DNA of 64,000 bases from sequence record KY499642.1, one strand, 5' to 3'. Every line of letters begins with the position of its first letter. Within the stretch, counting starts at the first letter, position 1. The notes beneath the pieces are model-generated. The model was not told the origin of the DNA. It made no database searches and worked only from the letters and a program-made list of their open reading frames with translations. The position numbers and the translations under genes were made by a program. This document shows positions 18,330 through 30,000 of this stretch, in pieces.

Positions 18330-21300
18330 CTATGTACGTTGACGGGCCATGCTAATTGGACCACGGTCATGTGTGATGGTTTGCGCCATACGTTGACGTT
18401 CTTGCTGATGTGCACGAGCCTTTTGCTCCGCCTCTCTGCTCGAACCATTGAAACCAACTTTCTCATTCAACTGACGTAGTGACATTGCCATCTCTTCTAG
18501 GAAGGATAGTTGTTTCTCCATCAGTGTACGTGATTTCTCATTCTCTTCGACATTGTGTTTCGCCATTGACTCTTTCAAGTCTGACAGTTCACGTTCTTTG
18601 CTAGAGATACGTGCATCGAGTTCTTGACGAACCTGATCAACGTACTTGTTCGCATCGAAGTCTGGAGTCTGAGTTTCCATTTCTTTCACGCTTGTCTTAA
18701 CTACATCCGAGATAGCTGGAGTAGGGACAGCACTTGAACCAATGGAAGTTGGTGCAGCTTCTACAGCAGTGCGCTGCGTTACTGCTTTCTCAATATCCTT
18801 AGTCGCTTTCACCTTAGCAATTTGAGTACGACCTTCATCTGTACCCACTGCGTTCGGAGTGGCTTCTTTCACACTCTTGGCATCGTCGTTGGTTGCTGCC
18901 ATTGGTGCTTGTTTAAGGACAGGGTTTGAAGCGTATTTCGAGACGTAAGAGAATCGGTTTTCAGCACGACGTTGTAGCTTCTCGTGGATTGCACGATAGC
19001 TTAACGGACGTCCTTTATCTGTAAAGACGCTTGGGTTAGCTGCCGCAGGCTTCAAGAAGTCTTCTGCTGCAATTCTATCCGGTGTCTTGTACAGATTACG
19101 TAGGAAGCGTGATGCGCCGCCCGGACCTAAGAAGTGTGCCAAGTACAAATCAGCAGGGCCAGCTTTCACACCATCAGGCATCGCTTTCTCTACTGTCTTA
19201 GCACCAGAACGTAAATACTCCGCACCCAAGAGCGCGTTAGCTACGGGATCGAATGGACCAGCCGTTGCTGGAATACCATACTTGTTAGCGTGTTTCTTAA
19301 GTTCTGCTTTCCATGTACCGTTGATGAACTGGAATAGACCTTTCGCTGATGAGGTACGTGCACCCGCTTGCGGGTTAAGTGACGACTCCATCATAGCTAC
19401 AGTCAATAACAGGTTCTCATCCACACCACTGGCTTTTGATACTTCTTTAATCATGTTGGCGACTGACTCTTTATCATTACCACGCAGACGAATCTTAGCG
19501 TAAGCACTGTTAGGGTCAACACCTTCACCCATTTCCCCAATTGGAATACCGCCTGAATCAGGACGATATGTTCCACCTGCTGTCGTAGTGACTGAACCAC
19601 CACCTCCGGTATCCATTGACATCGTAGAACCATTACGCACACGGTCGATAATGCTTCGTGACATCGATGTACCCGATTGCTCGCTCTTCGGCTTAGTCGC
19701 ACGTTTAACCTCAGTAGAGTCCATGCGAATGCCATCACCCTCTTCAGCAGTTTGCTCCATCGCATTAGCACGACGTTGGTTCTCACGCAGGAACTGAATG
19801 TTGCCATCTACTGATGTTGGATCACTGTTCAACGACTGGATGTCTTTAAACGGCGAAACATTCACAGCCCAGATAGGTACTTCGTTATTCTCAAAGAGCG
19901 TACGTAGACCTACCAGCGCTAGCGCAACATCAAGCATGTAAGGCGTCGCAGGAGATACTACCGCCATCAATGGGTTAGCATTGGACGCGTGCTGCTTCAA
20001 CGAGCTTACGTAACGCATTAGGACAGGAATGAATCGAGACTCAAACCATGCCGTCCAGCGAGAACGATGTGCCACGTCTTCAGCATTTAATCCAAACTTC
20101 GCCATGAAGCGTTCCGCCAATATCGCAGAATCGATATTGATGGTTGCCGATTTAGCAGTTGCAGAGATGTAGACAATAACCGCTTCTTCCAACTCCCATA
20201 GCAGCTTAACTTTATCTACAGAAAGTTCATGCAGACCGTAGGCTCTCAGACGAACTGATTCTACTGCGTTAAGGTTACTAGGGTCACGCATTGATGTGAA
20301 GTCTTCATCAACATTCTGCGTTTTAGACAGATTGCTACGGGATTTCATTTCATCATTGCGACGGTATGCGTCACGAACTTTACGATAAGTCTTCATATCT
20401 CGGAAGTTCTTACCGCCAACTGTTACTGAACCATCGTCGTTCTTAACGACTTGGTCTTTAGACAAGTTGTACCATTCAGGGTCTACACCATCGCCACCTT
20501 TGCGGAGTTCGCTTTCAGCAGCTTCTTTGATACCGCCGGACTTAGACTTCTTGTCTTTGTCTTTCTTGGCTTCTTTCACCAAGTCGGCGATCTCTTCTGC
20601 GGATTCTGCTTCTACTTCTTTCACAGCCTCACCAGACATCATGTCATCGCCGCCGAACCAACCACCGACAGTATCTAACATACCACGTTCACCGAACGGC
20701 GAATGCATGACACGGAATACTGGGTGATCAACTGGCAACTTAACACCGTCTAGAATTTTAGCCATCGCTTCTGGTTCAACACTTGACTTATCGTCTAGGT
20801 TGTTAAGCGCAACACCCGCCGCATTTTGACGTGCACGGGTTGTCCAAAGTAGGAACACTGGAATGAAACGACCATGGAGCCAACGTTCAAACATTTCTAC
20901 GGCTTTAGGGTCTTCGGTTTTCACACCAAAGTGATTCGCCATTTCCATAGTTGCTTGTTCATTCACACCTTTCACGGTTGAGATACCTTCGTTGTTATAC
21001 GACGTATGCTTCAACAATGCGTCTTCCAGATACAGTAGCTTAGATACCTCATCGGACTTACCATCGCTGTAGTCCTCTGTACCGTACTGTGCCATGCGGA
21101 GTCTCATCAGTGGACCGTTTACTACACGAGTAGCTAACTTGTACGCACCATACCCCACAGCAGCCACAGCGGCTGCACCTAATACTACTGGAGCAGAAAC
21201 TGTACCAATCGCTGCCATTGCAGCAGCACCTGCCATTCTTGCCCCTTGCCACAAGACCTGACGACCTACAAAACCTCCCACAGACATCGCACCACGTCCA

Positions 21301-24300
21301 AGTGCTTTCGCACCTTTCCACAATCCGCCTGCGGCTCGTTTCATTAGACCCGGCTTCTTGCCTTTACCCGGACCGTCTGGTATATCAGGACCACCGAATG
21401 GATTAATCTTGTTAAAGATAGAACCCATACCGTCACCCAACATACTTAGCGCTTTACCAGCAAAGGAACCTGCAAGTACACCGCCCAATGAACCCATGAC
21501 GCCTTTAAGGGCACCACCTAAGCCATTGGCCATCCAACTAAAGAACCCGTCGCTCGGTTTCTTATCGCCTTTCTTGTCTTTGCGGTTACGTCGTGCTTCG
21601 GCACGTTCCGCTTTCTTCTTCTCCCTTGCTTCGCGTCGCTTCTCAAAGATGTCTTTGAAGCTACCATCGCGATCACCATCACCATCTTCATCCCCAAAGA
21701 TTGGCTCAGGCTTATCTGAGTCAATTGGGTCAAGAATGTCTTCTGGTTCAGAAGGCTTCTTAGATAAACGGTCATCCAGTAACTGGTAAATCTCGTCTAA
21801 CTTGTCGATGATTTTGTTGGTTGAACGTCGACCGACTTTCTCAGCACCATCACCACGGATTTTACCAAGCGCCCAGTCTTTTGCTTGTCCCAGTCTTTCA
21901 GCACCCGCGCTTGCAATGTCTTTCACAAGGTCTTTGGCTGCAATCGCTTTATCTACACCGAAGTTGACCACGCTCTTAATGCGTGACTTGACTCTCGACA
22001 TTAGCGATTCGAATGGGTTCCCATCTACGTCGACAAACTCAATATCAGGATTATCAAAGTCCTCTTGCGAGATGATAAGCTCTTTGTGTTTGTTGTACAC
22101 TGGGCCTGTAATGTCAGCGACACTACGAATAACCTTACCCGTATTACGGTCAACGTAGAACCCACGCAACATCAATTGATGCTGTAGTCGTGGTGTACTT
22201 TCCCCTTTGACGTAAATGTCTTTTGAGGTTCGTACTTTGTTGATTACTTTCTTACCGATGTCAGTTACTTGACTAATGACAGCTTGCGGAACACCAAAGG
22301 CATTACGAAGACCACCACCTGCTAAGCGACCAATCCCTTCCGAGAGTTTCTTCCAACCTTTTTGCGTGTAATACGTAAACTGGTCTTTCTTCTCTCGGAC
22401 TTCTTCTTCAGTAAGAACCACACCGTTTTTGTCATAAACAGCTCCAGTAATGTCCTTAATCGATTTAATGATGTTGCCATTCTCATCGAAGTACATACCA
22501 GCTTTGAGCTTACGGCCTAGAAGAACGATGTTACCATCTTCGTCACGAATATCCGCCACGCCTTGGAATGCATCAGCCATGCTGTTCATACCAGCCGAGA
22601 TACCTTTACGGGCTCCATTGAGTTTATCCCAAACAGAGAACGATGGCATCTTTTCACGGAACTTAGTAAAGCGATCACTAACAGCGTCTTTGAATCGACC
22701 TGCACCGCGTTTTACCTTACCAGCACCTGAACGGACATGCTGACCAAAGCGACCGAAGTAACCCGGCTTATCACCGTCTTCAGTTGCTTCCCCCGAAACC
22801 TCTACAACAGGAACACCGCGCTCCGACATGTCTTGTAGGACTTGAAGGATTGTGCCGACTTCTTCTGTTAGGTTGTTTGCTACCAGTTGATCACGTACTT
22901 GCTCAACTAGGCTATCTAACGTATTGCTCTTCTCACCTTTCTCTTTGTCTTGAGAAATCTTGCGAAGAGCCGTCATCAGGTTAGGTTCTTCTTCCCCGAA
23001 TAGTGCCTCACGCACACCACCCGTAATGCCCGATGCTAAGTTCGCCATATCAAACTGTGGCGTTGCCTGACGGTCTAACGCATCACTAAGCTTTGAGTAC
23101 ATCTCAAACTGAATCTCATTAGAGAACCATGAGTTATCACGTAACTCGCTTAGGTCTTCATGTCGAATGCTCTCAGCAACAGGGCGAGATGAACTAGAGC
23201 GTACTGCTTTCTTCAGTTCATCCATATCCACGTTTGCAGTTACAGTACGTTGGCTGTCTTGACGACTCAACGTATCTGCCAGTCCTTTAATCACCTCTTC
23301 GATATTGGACATACCACGAACATCAGACTTAGGCTGCTCGAAAGATGGTTTGAATTCACGATAAGAATCGTTGATACTTTCGTTTAGTTCTAATGAACCA
23401 TTCTTGCGTTCGAAGATGCCAGACTTCGCAACCATTGTACCGCCATACAGCTTGGACATTTCATCCACTGTATCTTGGACAGGTTGGATAGCATCACGCA
23501 AGCGACGAATTTCGTCAGACACCTCCACATTGACACGGTTCTCGCGTTTCTCACCCTCATCTCTTAGGTCGGAAAAGAACTGCTGTAGGTCAAACAAGTG
23601 TTGGCTTGTCCCTATACTACCGTATCCATCCATGTTATCTGCAAGGTCGGCTACATTGAAGCGACCCACAGTACGAATCTTCTCGTCGATCAGTTTACCA
23701 AGGTCTTCCTTAGCACCATCCGACAAATCACTGTCTTTCGATAACTTCTCAACGAGCTCGTCAATACCCTTACGGACATATTCACGAGTTTCGTTATCAC
23801 CTGCTTGTTTGGCAATACGTTCTTGGACTTCGGACTCATTCGCAAGGGAACGGGTTGCCCAGTCATACGTCTGCTTACCATTATCTACACCGCCTAAGCG
23901 ATTAATCGATTGGTCAATGGTGGATAGCCATTCAGGGATAACTTCATTTAAGGTAATGTCACTGCGAGTAGTCCAAGGGGATACTTTAGCCAGTTCCTCA
24001 GCAGTAACGTTTTGCATCTTCGCGGTATCGCCGCCGTATTGCGGTAAGATACTTGACAGCAAGTTACCCAACATGCTACTTGCGCCGCTAGCGCCATCGC
24101 GGTCTGGGTTCTTCGCTAAGTCATTAAGGTATTCAGGCAGAGTTGTCATGCCGTAACGGAGTTTAGCACCCGTACCTGCAACGAACTCACTCTCCTCACC
24201 TTTATCACGAAGGTACTTCTGCATCTTCTGAACTTGTGGTGCAATGTACTTGTTAGCGAACATCGAACCTGCAAGTCCCGCACCTGTCTGAGCCATCTGA

Positions 24301-25319
24301 GCCCGCTGTTGTGCGGGAGACAGTTCTACAGATTGGTCCATTCCATCGTCTTGAGGAATGACCATAGATGCCATGCCAATACCATCACGTACGGTAGAGC
24401 CGAACTCACCGATGGCACGTCGCATGTTTTGTCCCAACTGTTGTACGTATTCTTGAGCAAATCGACCAGGGGACAAGTTCTGAATCAATTCACGTTTCAT
24501 CATCGCTGCTGAGATTTCACTAAACTCTTCCTTAGCGTAATCAGGCAATGCGGTGTTCTTTACAATTGCGTCGGTATTGGGAATCAACTTCTCCATCGAC
24601 GTCTGAGTGGTTTGCAAGAGGTCAGTCAATACGTAGTACTGACGCCAATTGACTTCCAACATCTTACGACGATATTTATCACTGACTTGGTTGTAGGCAA
24701 CTATATTGGCGGTATCTTGGCGGATACCCGAGATGATTGAGTTTAGATCATCTTGGCGAATGGTGTTCGCTTGGTCTTTAATCTCTTGTTGAACTTTATC
24801 TTCAGCACGTTCTTGCTGAGACAGTTCCTGCTGTGCACCAAAGGTGTCAGACAACATAGCGGCAAGTGCACTCTCACGAGGGTCTTCACTTGCATAGCTT
24901 CCGGTAGTATCGTCATCAGCCGCCCATTTGCCAATCTTCTTGGTCATGGACTCAGGCAAGTAACGCTGAAGCATTGGCATTGCTTCACGCGTCGTACGTT
25001 GTAGGTCACGTTTAGTTTGCGTTAACTGACGTTTTGCCTCCTGATAAACTTCGCGACCCTCAGAAGCCACGGTATCATATGCATCCGCTGCAACCGTGTA
25101 ATCGCTAGGTAGACTATCGAGTATTAATTTGCGGCGCTTAGATTCGCCGATGATGGTTTCCGCTGCTTTTTTAGCAGCAGTTTTTGGAGCTTGCATGACC
25201 GCATCACGACCCTCAGGTAGAGCTGTGGGTTGCGGTTCAAAATCCATGTCCAAGTCGAGGTCATCATCGAGTCCCCAATCGTCATCTAGATCAAATTCTA
25301 GATCTTTACTACTGCTCAT
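18330..25319 (-). CDS. Tail tape-measure/lytic transglycosylase (phiKZ gp181-like), 2329 aa
   Basis: SLT domain AMMESSLNPQA...SSAKGLFQF...YLAHFLG near the C-terminus; charged and G/A-rich segments. Start set at MSSSKDLEF with SD ggag. Confidence 0.9.
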   Translation of the reverse strand: MSSSKDLEFDLDDDWGLDDDLDLDMDFEPQPTALPEGRDAVMQAPKTAAKKAAETIIGESKRRKLILDSLPSDYTVAADAYDTVASEGREVYQEAKRQLTQTKRDLQRTTREAMPMLQRYLPESMTKKIGKWAADDDTTGSYASEDPRESALAAMLSDTFGAQQELSQQERAEDKVQQEIKDQANTIRQDDLNSIISGIRQDTANIVAYNQVSDKYRRKMLEVNWRQYYVLTDLLQTTQTSMEKLIPNTDAIVKNTALPDYAKEEFSEISAAMMKRELIQNLSPGRFAQEYVQQLGQNMRRAIGEFGSTVRDGIGMASMVIPQDDGMDQSVELSPAQQRAQMAQTGAGLAGSMFANKYIAPQVQKMQKYLRDKGEESEFVAGTGAKLRYGMTTLPEYLNDLAKNPDRDGASGASSMLGNLLSSILPQYGGDTAKMQNVTAEELAKVSPWTTRSDITLNEVIPEWLSTIDQSINRLGGVDNGKQTYDWATRSLANESEVQERIAKQAGDNETREYVRKGIDELVEKLSKDSDLSDGAKEDLGKLIDEKIRTVGRFNVADLADNMDGYGSIGTSQHLFDLQQFFSDLRDEGEKRENRVNVEVSDEIRRLRDAIQPVQDTVDEMSKLYGGTMVAKSGIFERKNGSLELNESINDSYREFKPSFEQPKSDVRGMSNIEEVIKGLADTLSRQDSQRTVTANVDMDELKKAVRSSSSRPVAESIRHEDLSELRDNSWFSNEIQFEMYSKLSDALDRQATPQFDMANLASGITGGVREALFGEEEPNLMTALRKISQDKEKGEKSNTLDSLVEQVRDQLVANNLTEEVGTILQVLQDMSERGVPVVEVSGEATEDGDKPGYFGRFGQHVRSGAGKVKRGAGRFKDAVSDRFTKFREKMPSFSVWDKLNGARKGISAGMNSMADAFQGVADIRDEDGNIVLLGRKLKAGMYFDENGNIIKSIKDITGAVYDKNGVVLTEEEVREKKDQFTYYTQKGWKKLSEGIGRLAGGGLRNAFGVPQAVISQVTDIGKKVINKVRTSKDIYVKGESTPRLQHQLMLRGFYVDRNTGKVIRSVADITGPVYNKHKELIISQEDFDNPDIEFVDVDGNPFESLMSRVKSRIKSVVNFGVDKAIAAKDLVKDIASAGAERLGQAKDWALGKIRGDGAEKVGRRSTNKIIDKLDEIYQLLDDRLSKKPSEPEDILDPIDSDKPEPIFGDEDGDGDRDGSFKDIFEKRREAREKKKAERAEARRNRKDKKGDKKPSDGFFSWMANGLGGALKGVMGSLGGVLAGSFAGKALSMLGDGMGSIFNKINPFGGPDIPDGPGKGKKPGLMKRAAGGLWKGAKALGRGAMSVGGFVGRQVLWQGARMAGAAAMAAIGTVSAPVVLGAAAVAAVGYGAYKLATRVVNGPLMRLRMAQYGTEDYSDGKSDEVSKLLYLEDALLKHTSYNNEGISTVKGVNEQATMEMANHFGVKTEDPKAVEMFERWLHGRFIPVFLLWTTRARQNAAGVALNNLDDKSSVEPEAMAKILDGVKLPVDHPVFRVMHSPFGERGMLDTVGGWFGGDDMMSGEAVKEVEAESAEEIADLVKEAKKDKDKKSKSGGIKEAAESELRKGGDGVDPEWYNLSKDQVVKNDDGSVTVGGKNFRDMKTYRKVRDAYRRNDEMKSRSNLSKTQNVDEDFTSMRDPSNLNAVESVRLRAYGLHELSVDKVKLLWELEEAVIVYISATAKSATINIDSAILAERFMAKFGLNAEDVAHRSRWTAWFESRFIPVLMRYVSSLKQHASNANPLMAVVSPATPYMLDVALALVGLRTLFENNEVPIWAVNVSPFKDIQSLNSDPTSVDGNIQFLRENQRRANAMEQTAEEGDGIRMDSTEVKRATKPKSEQSGTSMSRSIIDRVRNGSTMSMDTGGGGSVTTTAGGTYRPDSGGIPIGEMGEGVDPNSAYAKIRLRGNDKESVANMIKEVSKASGVDENLLLTVAMMESSLNPQAGARTSSAKGLFQFINGTWKAELKKHANKYGIPATAGPFDPVANALLGAEYLRSGAKTVEKAMPDGVKAGPADLYLAHFLGPGGASRFLRNLYKTPDRIAAEDFLKPAAANPSVFTDKGRPLSYRAIHEKLQRRAENRFSYVSKYASNPVLKQAPMAATNDDAKSVKEATPNAVGTDEGRTQIAKVKATKDIEKAVTQRTAVEAAPTSIGSSAVPTPAISDVVKTSVKEMETQTPDFDANKYVDQVRQELDARISSKERELSDLKESMAKHNVEENEKSRTLMEKQLSFLEEMAMSLRQLNEKVGFNGSSREAEQKARAHQQERQRMAQTITHDRGPISMARQRT

Positions 25320-25338
25320 AACAGACTCCGGATTTATT

Positions 25339-26952
25339 ATGGATTGGATAACCTTCTCTTTGCTTAACGTTAACAAGCAGAGTCTGGCTAGAGTTAAGCC
25401 AGTCACTGTTTTGGATACGTATGAAGGGGCCACTAAGAACTTTCATGATGAGGGTTTATTCTCAACTACTATCTTTGGCCCCATTGGTAGCGAGCAACGT
25501 GATACGACGTTCGGTTATATCGACGTCAACGTTGAAATTCTTTCACCCTCAGTTGCATTAACGCTGTTTGAACTGAAGCGTCTATATAAAGACGTTATGT
25601 CAGGTAAGCGCCATGCAATTTGGAACGACAAAACAAAAGACTTTGAGCCTGCCGCACCAGGCGACGAAGGAGCGAACACAGGTTACAGCTTCTTCATCAA
25701 ACACTACCCTGAACTGAAACCGAAGGAAACCGAAAGTTTAATTCGACAACAGTCCATTGATGTAGTAAACAAATTCCGAGACATTGCGCTGAGTCGTTAC
25801 GTTCTTGTTATGCCTGCTGGACTTCGTGATTTAGAAGTCAAAGAGACAGGCCAAGAAAAAGAAGACGACATCAACCCGATGTATCGTAAACTAATCAGTA
25901 CTGCGAAGAACGTTCCCAATCTCGGTAACAAAAATAACCCGATGATTGATGCTGCGCGTTGGAAGCTTCAAGAAACATTCTGCGAAATTTACAAATACCT
26001 GTTCAACTACCTCGATGGTAAGAAAGGTTATATTCGTGGTAAGTGGACGAAGCGTAACTTATCTAACGGTACGCGTAACGTAATCTCTTCCATGGATGCG
26101 TCTAGTCCGGTTATGGACAGGGCAGATGAAATCAGACCAACAGACACCGTTATGGGTCTGTTCCAAGGTTTGAAGTCACTCTTGCCTGTGGCTATCCATG
26201 CGATTCGCACTTCGTATCTGCCGCCTGTTGATGCAGGTAACGGTTACATGTATTTGATTGATAAGAAAACTCTCAAGAAGGAAATGGTGGATGTCAGTCC
26301 AGAAGACTATGACAAGTTCACCACCGATGAGGGTATTGAAAAGCTTATCAACCTGTTCAGAACTCCTGAGTATCGTCATAAACCTATTACGGTCAATGGT
26401 AAGTATCTGGCACTCATCTACAATGATGGGAAGGAATTCAAAATCTTCTACGATATTGCAGACCTTCCTGAAGACAAGCAACGCAAACACGTTAGTCCAA
26501 TCACTTACACTGAGTTGTTGTATCTCAGTGGTTATGATCGTTGGAACGATTACTTCACAGTTGTCACACGTTATCCTGTCGCTGGCGATGGTAGTACATA
26601 CTCGTCAACTATAAGATTGACGACGACAACCCGCACTTCCATGGTCTATGAACTGGAAGAAGACTGGAGTACTCGCAAAACCAAACCAGCGATTGACTTC
26701 CCTGACCGTAACGTGGATGAGTTTGTTACATCCATGGCGTTGCACCCAACACGACTGAAAGGCTTGACCGCCGACTTCGATGGTGATACCTCATCTGGTG
26801 ACTCAGTGTACACTGACGATGCGCTGGAAGAGAACCGTCGAATGAAACGTAAAGTCTCGTTCTGGGTAGCCAACGATGGCAGTCTCACTGTGGATATCAA
26901 CGTGGACACCGTTGAACGCACCGTATTCAACCTGTTAGCAGATCCAGACTAA
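25339..26952 (+). CDS. rpoC: Virion RNA polymerase beta' subunit, catalytic fragment (phiKZ gp180-like)
   Basis: GLFSTTIFG, VLVMPAGLRD, KKGYIRG and catalytic TADFDGD. Start set at ATG 25339. Confidence 0.9.
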   Translation: MDWITFSLLNVNKQSLARVKPVTVLDTYEGATKNFHDEGLFSTTIFGPIGSEQRDTTFGYIDVNVEILSPSVALTLFELKRLYKDVMSGKRHAIWNDKTKDFEPAAPGDEGANTGYSFFIKHYPELKPKETESLIRQQSIDVVNKFRDIALSRYVLVMPAGLRDLEVKETGQEKEDDINPMYRKLISTAKNVPNLGNKNNPMIDAARWKLQETFCEIYKYLFNYLDGKKGYIRGKWTKRNLSNGTRNVISSMDASSPVMDRADEIRPTDTVMGLFQGLKSLLPVAIHAIRTSYLPPVDAGNGYMYLIDKKTLKKEMVDVSPEDYDKFTTDEGIEKLINLFRTPEYRHKPITVNGKYLALIYNDGKEFKIFYDIADLPEDKQRKHVSPITYTELLYLSGYDRWNDYFTVVTRYPVAGDGSTYSSTIRLTTTTRTSMVYELEEDWSTRKTKPAIDFPDRNVDEFVTSMALHPTRLKGLTADFDGDTSSGDSVYTDDALEENRRMKRKVSFWVANDGSLTVDINVDTVERTVFNLLADPD

Positions 26953-26956
26953 TTAA

Positions 26957-26985
26957 AGGTGTCCCTGTTAAGGGACACCTCTCTT
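26957..26985 (+). terminator. Hairpin, probable terminator
   Basis: aggtgtccct-gtta-agggacacct followed by a pyrimidine-rich tail. Confidence 0.6.
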
Positions 26986-27010
26986 ATACTTTTATTAGGG
27001 TAATTTCATC

Positions 27011-30000
27011 ATGATGCTATTACGTAATTTCAACCGCCAAGCAACTGTTATCCGTTTGGAACAGTTCGGCATGCCTAAGGTTGCTCCTTACAGTCGTCTA
27101 GAGCTACCGCGTGGCAGTATTCTGCATTACATCCCAACCTCAGGTATCTCTGAGATGGGACCACCGCAGACACTCCCTATGCTTGAGAATAGCGAGAAGC
27201 TAATTCAGGTAAACCACATCACACAGTTGAGCGACAACAACCTCATGGGTCGCCCTAAGCGCATTGAGAAAGCAATCAACCGTGAGATTATGCACTATCA
27301 CCGCATCAACAAGAAATTACGTCGCATGCACAATGAGACGATGATTGAGCGCGATGATAAAACCCTCTTAGTTGAGAACTATGCGCCAATCCGTAACTTG
27401 TACCGCTACCCACAGACTTTGATGTCTTGGTACGAGCGTTTCCATAACCTACTGTCAACTATGGTTGACCAACTAGGGCGTGACGCTGACAAGTACGAAC
27501 GTCAGAATTACCTGTTATTGACTATCCCTGACACGTTGCCTGCGAAAGCTAAGCTACGTCGTGCAGAGAAACGTCGTGACAACATCACTTTGGATGACAT
27601 GCGTGATGAAAACGCATTGTTCTTCCTTGAGCTATGGACTTGGTTAGGTATCAACCGTTCTAGTTCACTATTCGCTAGCCTGACTGAAGCACAGCTTCGT
27701 CGTATCAACATCATCCTCCAGTTTAACGGCAAGTTCGTTAACTTGAACTTGGGTGAATTGAACTTCTGGCGTAAAGGCGACAGTATGGGTGGTAAGGTTA
27801 CACCTGAGCAGATGCAAAAGCGTCTGTACAAAACTGTAATCAGTCTGGCACAAGCAGCTCTGGATACTCCAGTCGAAGCTACCGTTGAGTTGGAAGAAGA
27901 ACTAGAGAAAGATATGTCTGGTTCTGAAGTCATGGAACTGGTTGATCGCAGTGATGCGGATGAAGACGCTGGTGACCTTGACATTGATGATGAAATCGCT
28001 AAGTTCGATAAAGAAGAAGACATCGATGAAGATGAAGACTTCGAAATCATCAAGCAGGAAGAGTCTTCGTCTAATGACGTTACTCTGGAAGAACCTATCA
28101 CGGTAGACTCTGGCGTCGGTAAAGCTTGTGAGAAGTTTATTGAAGCGGGTACGTTATCCTCGAAAGAGTATCAACGTATCTTAGAAAAGTCTGAGACTTA
28201 CAAGTCGATTGACAACCCATTCGGCGAAGGTACTTTGGCAGACATGCTTGAAGTTAAGCCGGAAGAAGTTGCTATTGAAGAAGAAGTGTTGATGGATGAC
28301 CCAACCATTATCGATAAAGGTATGGCGAAGAACACCACTCGACAATTCAACCGTAAGTACATCGATAAGGTTCTGCCGAAAGACATCGTGAGTAACGTTG
28401 TCTCTGTACAGCGTGCTGGTGTCGTTGTTGAAGACTACCGCGTGGAGAAAGTGATTGATGCAGCTAACCGTTTGCAGGTTCACTCATTGAAATTAACTCC
28501 GGTTAAAGGTCGTACTACGACGATTCGTTTCACCACACCACTTCTTGATGAAGATGGTTACTGGACAGCAAACGACATTCGTTACACGATGCGTAAACAG
28601 CGTGTTGACTTACCTATTCGTAAGACAGCTCCTGATACCGTTGCCTTAACCACGTTCTACGGTAAGAACTTTGTACAACGAAGTCAAAACCAAACGGCTA
28701 ACTGGTCTGGCTGGCTAACTGATCAAATCGTAGCAAATGGCTTGAGTACTGATAACGCAACACTGCGTGACCTTAAGTTCTCCAACGTGTTTGACCCGTC
28801 GGTTAAGCTGCCACGTGACTACACGGTTATCGCTAAGCGTCTATCTGGCTTTACTGCGGGTAGTGTGGTTTACAACTTCGACGTGAGTAAGATTGATTCG
28901 TTCTTTGATGCTAATGAAATCAAAGACCTGAAGAAACAGTCACTAACACCTGTGGGTAAATCCAAAGGCGCTACGTATGGAATGGACCCGTACTCCGTCA
29001 TCTACAAGAAGACCGCAACTGGCATCGAGGAAATTGGTCGCATGACTGAAGTCCTTGGCATCGATACTGAGAAAGCGCCGAAAGAGTTTACTGAACTCTC
29101 GATGATGGGTAAGAGTATTCCTCTGGCCATTATCTTCGCGTACTACCTCGGCATTGAGAACATGCTGCGTGAGTTTAAAGTGTCGTACCGAACGGCTGAT
29201 GCAAGTGAACGTATCCCGAAAGATGAAGGCGATATGGTTCTAACGATGAAGGATAGTAAGTTAGTCCTCACGTTTGACAATAGCGAGCAAGAACTCATCT
29301 TCCAGGGCTTTAAGTCTTATCTGAAACTGATGCGTGATTACACACTCCACGACTTCAATCAGAAAGACGTATACCTTAACTTAATCCAGAAAGACGGTTT
29401 GTCCGTACGCTACTTGAACGAACTCGATCTTATGGAAGCAATGTTCGTTGACCCAACTTCCGAACGACTGCTTAAGAAAATGGGAGAGCCGACTCACTTT
29501 AAAGGTCTGCTTAAACGCGCTAACGAACTGGTTACTCTGGACAACCATAAACCAGAGACTGACATGGACGAAATGCATATCTACGGTTACCAACGTATTG
29601 CAGGTGCAGTTTACACTGGCTTGGTTCGCGGTATTCGTGATTACAACAACCGTCCGGGTAGCAATAAGAAGATTGATATCCCGTCTTCAGAGATTTGGTC
29701 AAGCATTGCGCAAGACCCGGCGGTTATGCCAGCCTCTGACGCTAACCCAATTCAGTCAGTAAAAGAAGCGGACGTTGTTACCTTTGGCGGTAATGGCGGA
29801 CGTAGTCGTCGCTCAATGGTTAAGCGTACTCGTCAGTTCCTTGAGTCTGACTTGGGCGTTATCTCAGGCGATACCGTGGATAGTGGTGATGTAGGTATTA
29901 CATCATACATGTCTGCTAACCCAATCTTTGATACGTTAGACGGTACTGTAAAGGACGTCCCACGTACTGGATTAGAAACAGCGCAATACATCAGTTCGAC

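Noticed and set aside
25129-25433. Extended N-termini given in the ORF track for the tape-measure and beta' genes
   Set aside because: The extensions would overlap each other head-to-head and read as shadow sequence. Downstream ATGs (25319, 25339) fit better.
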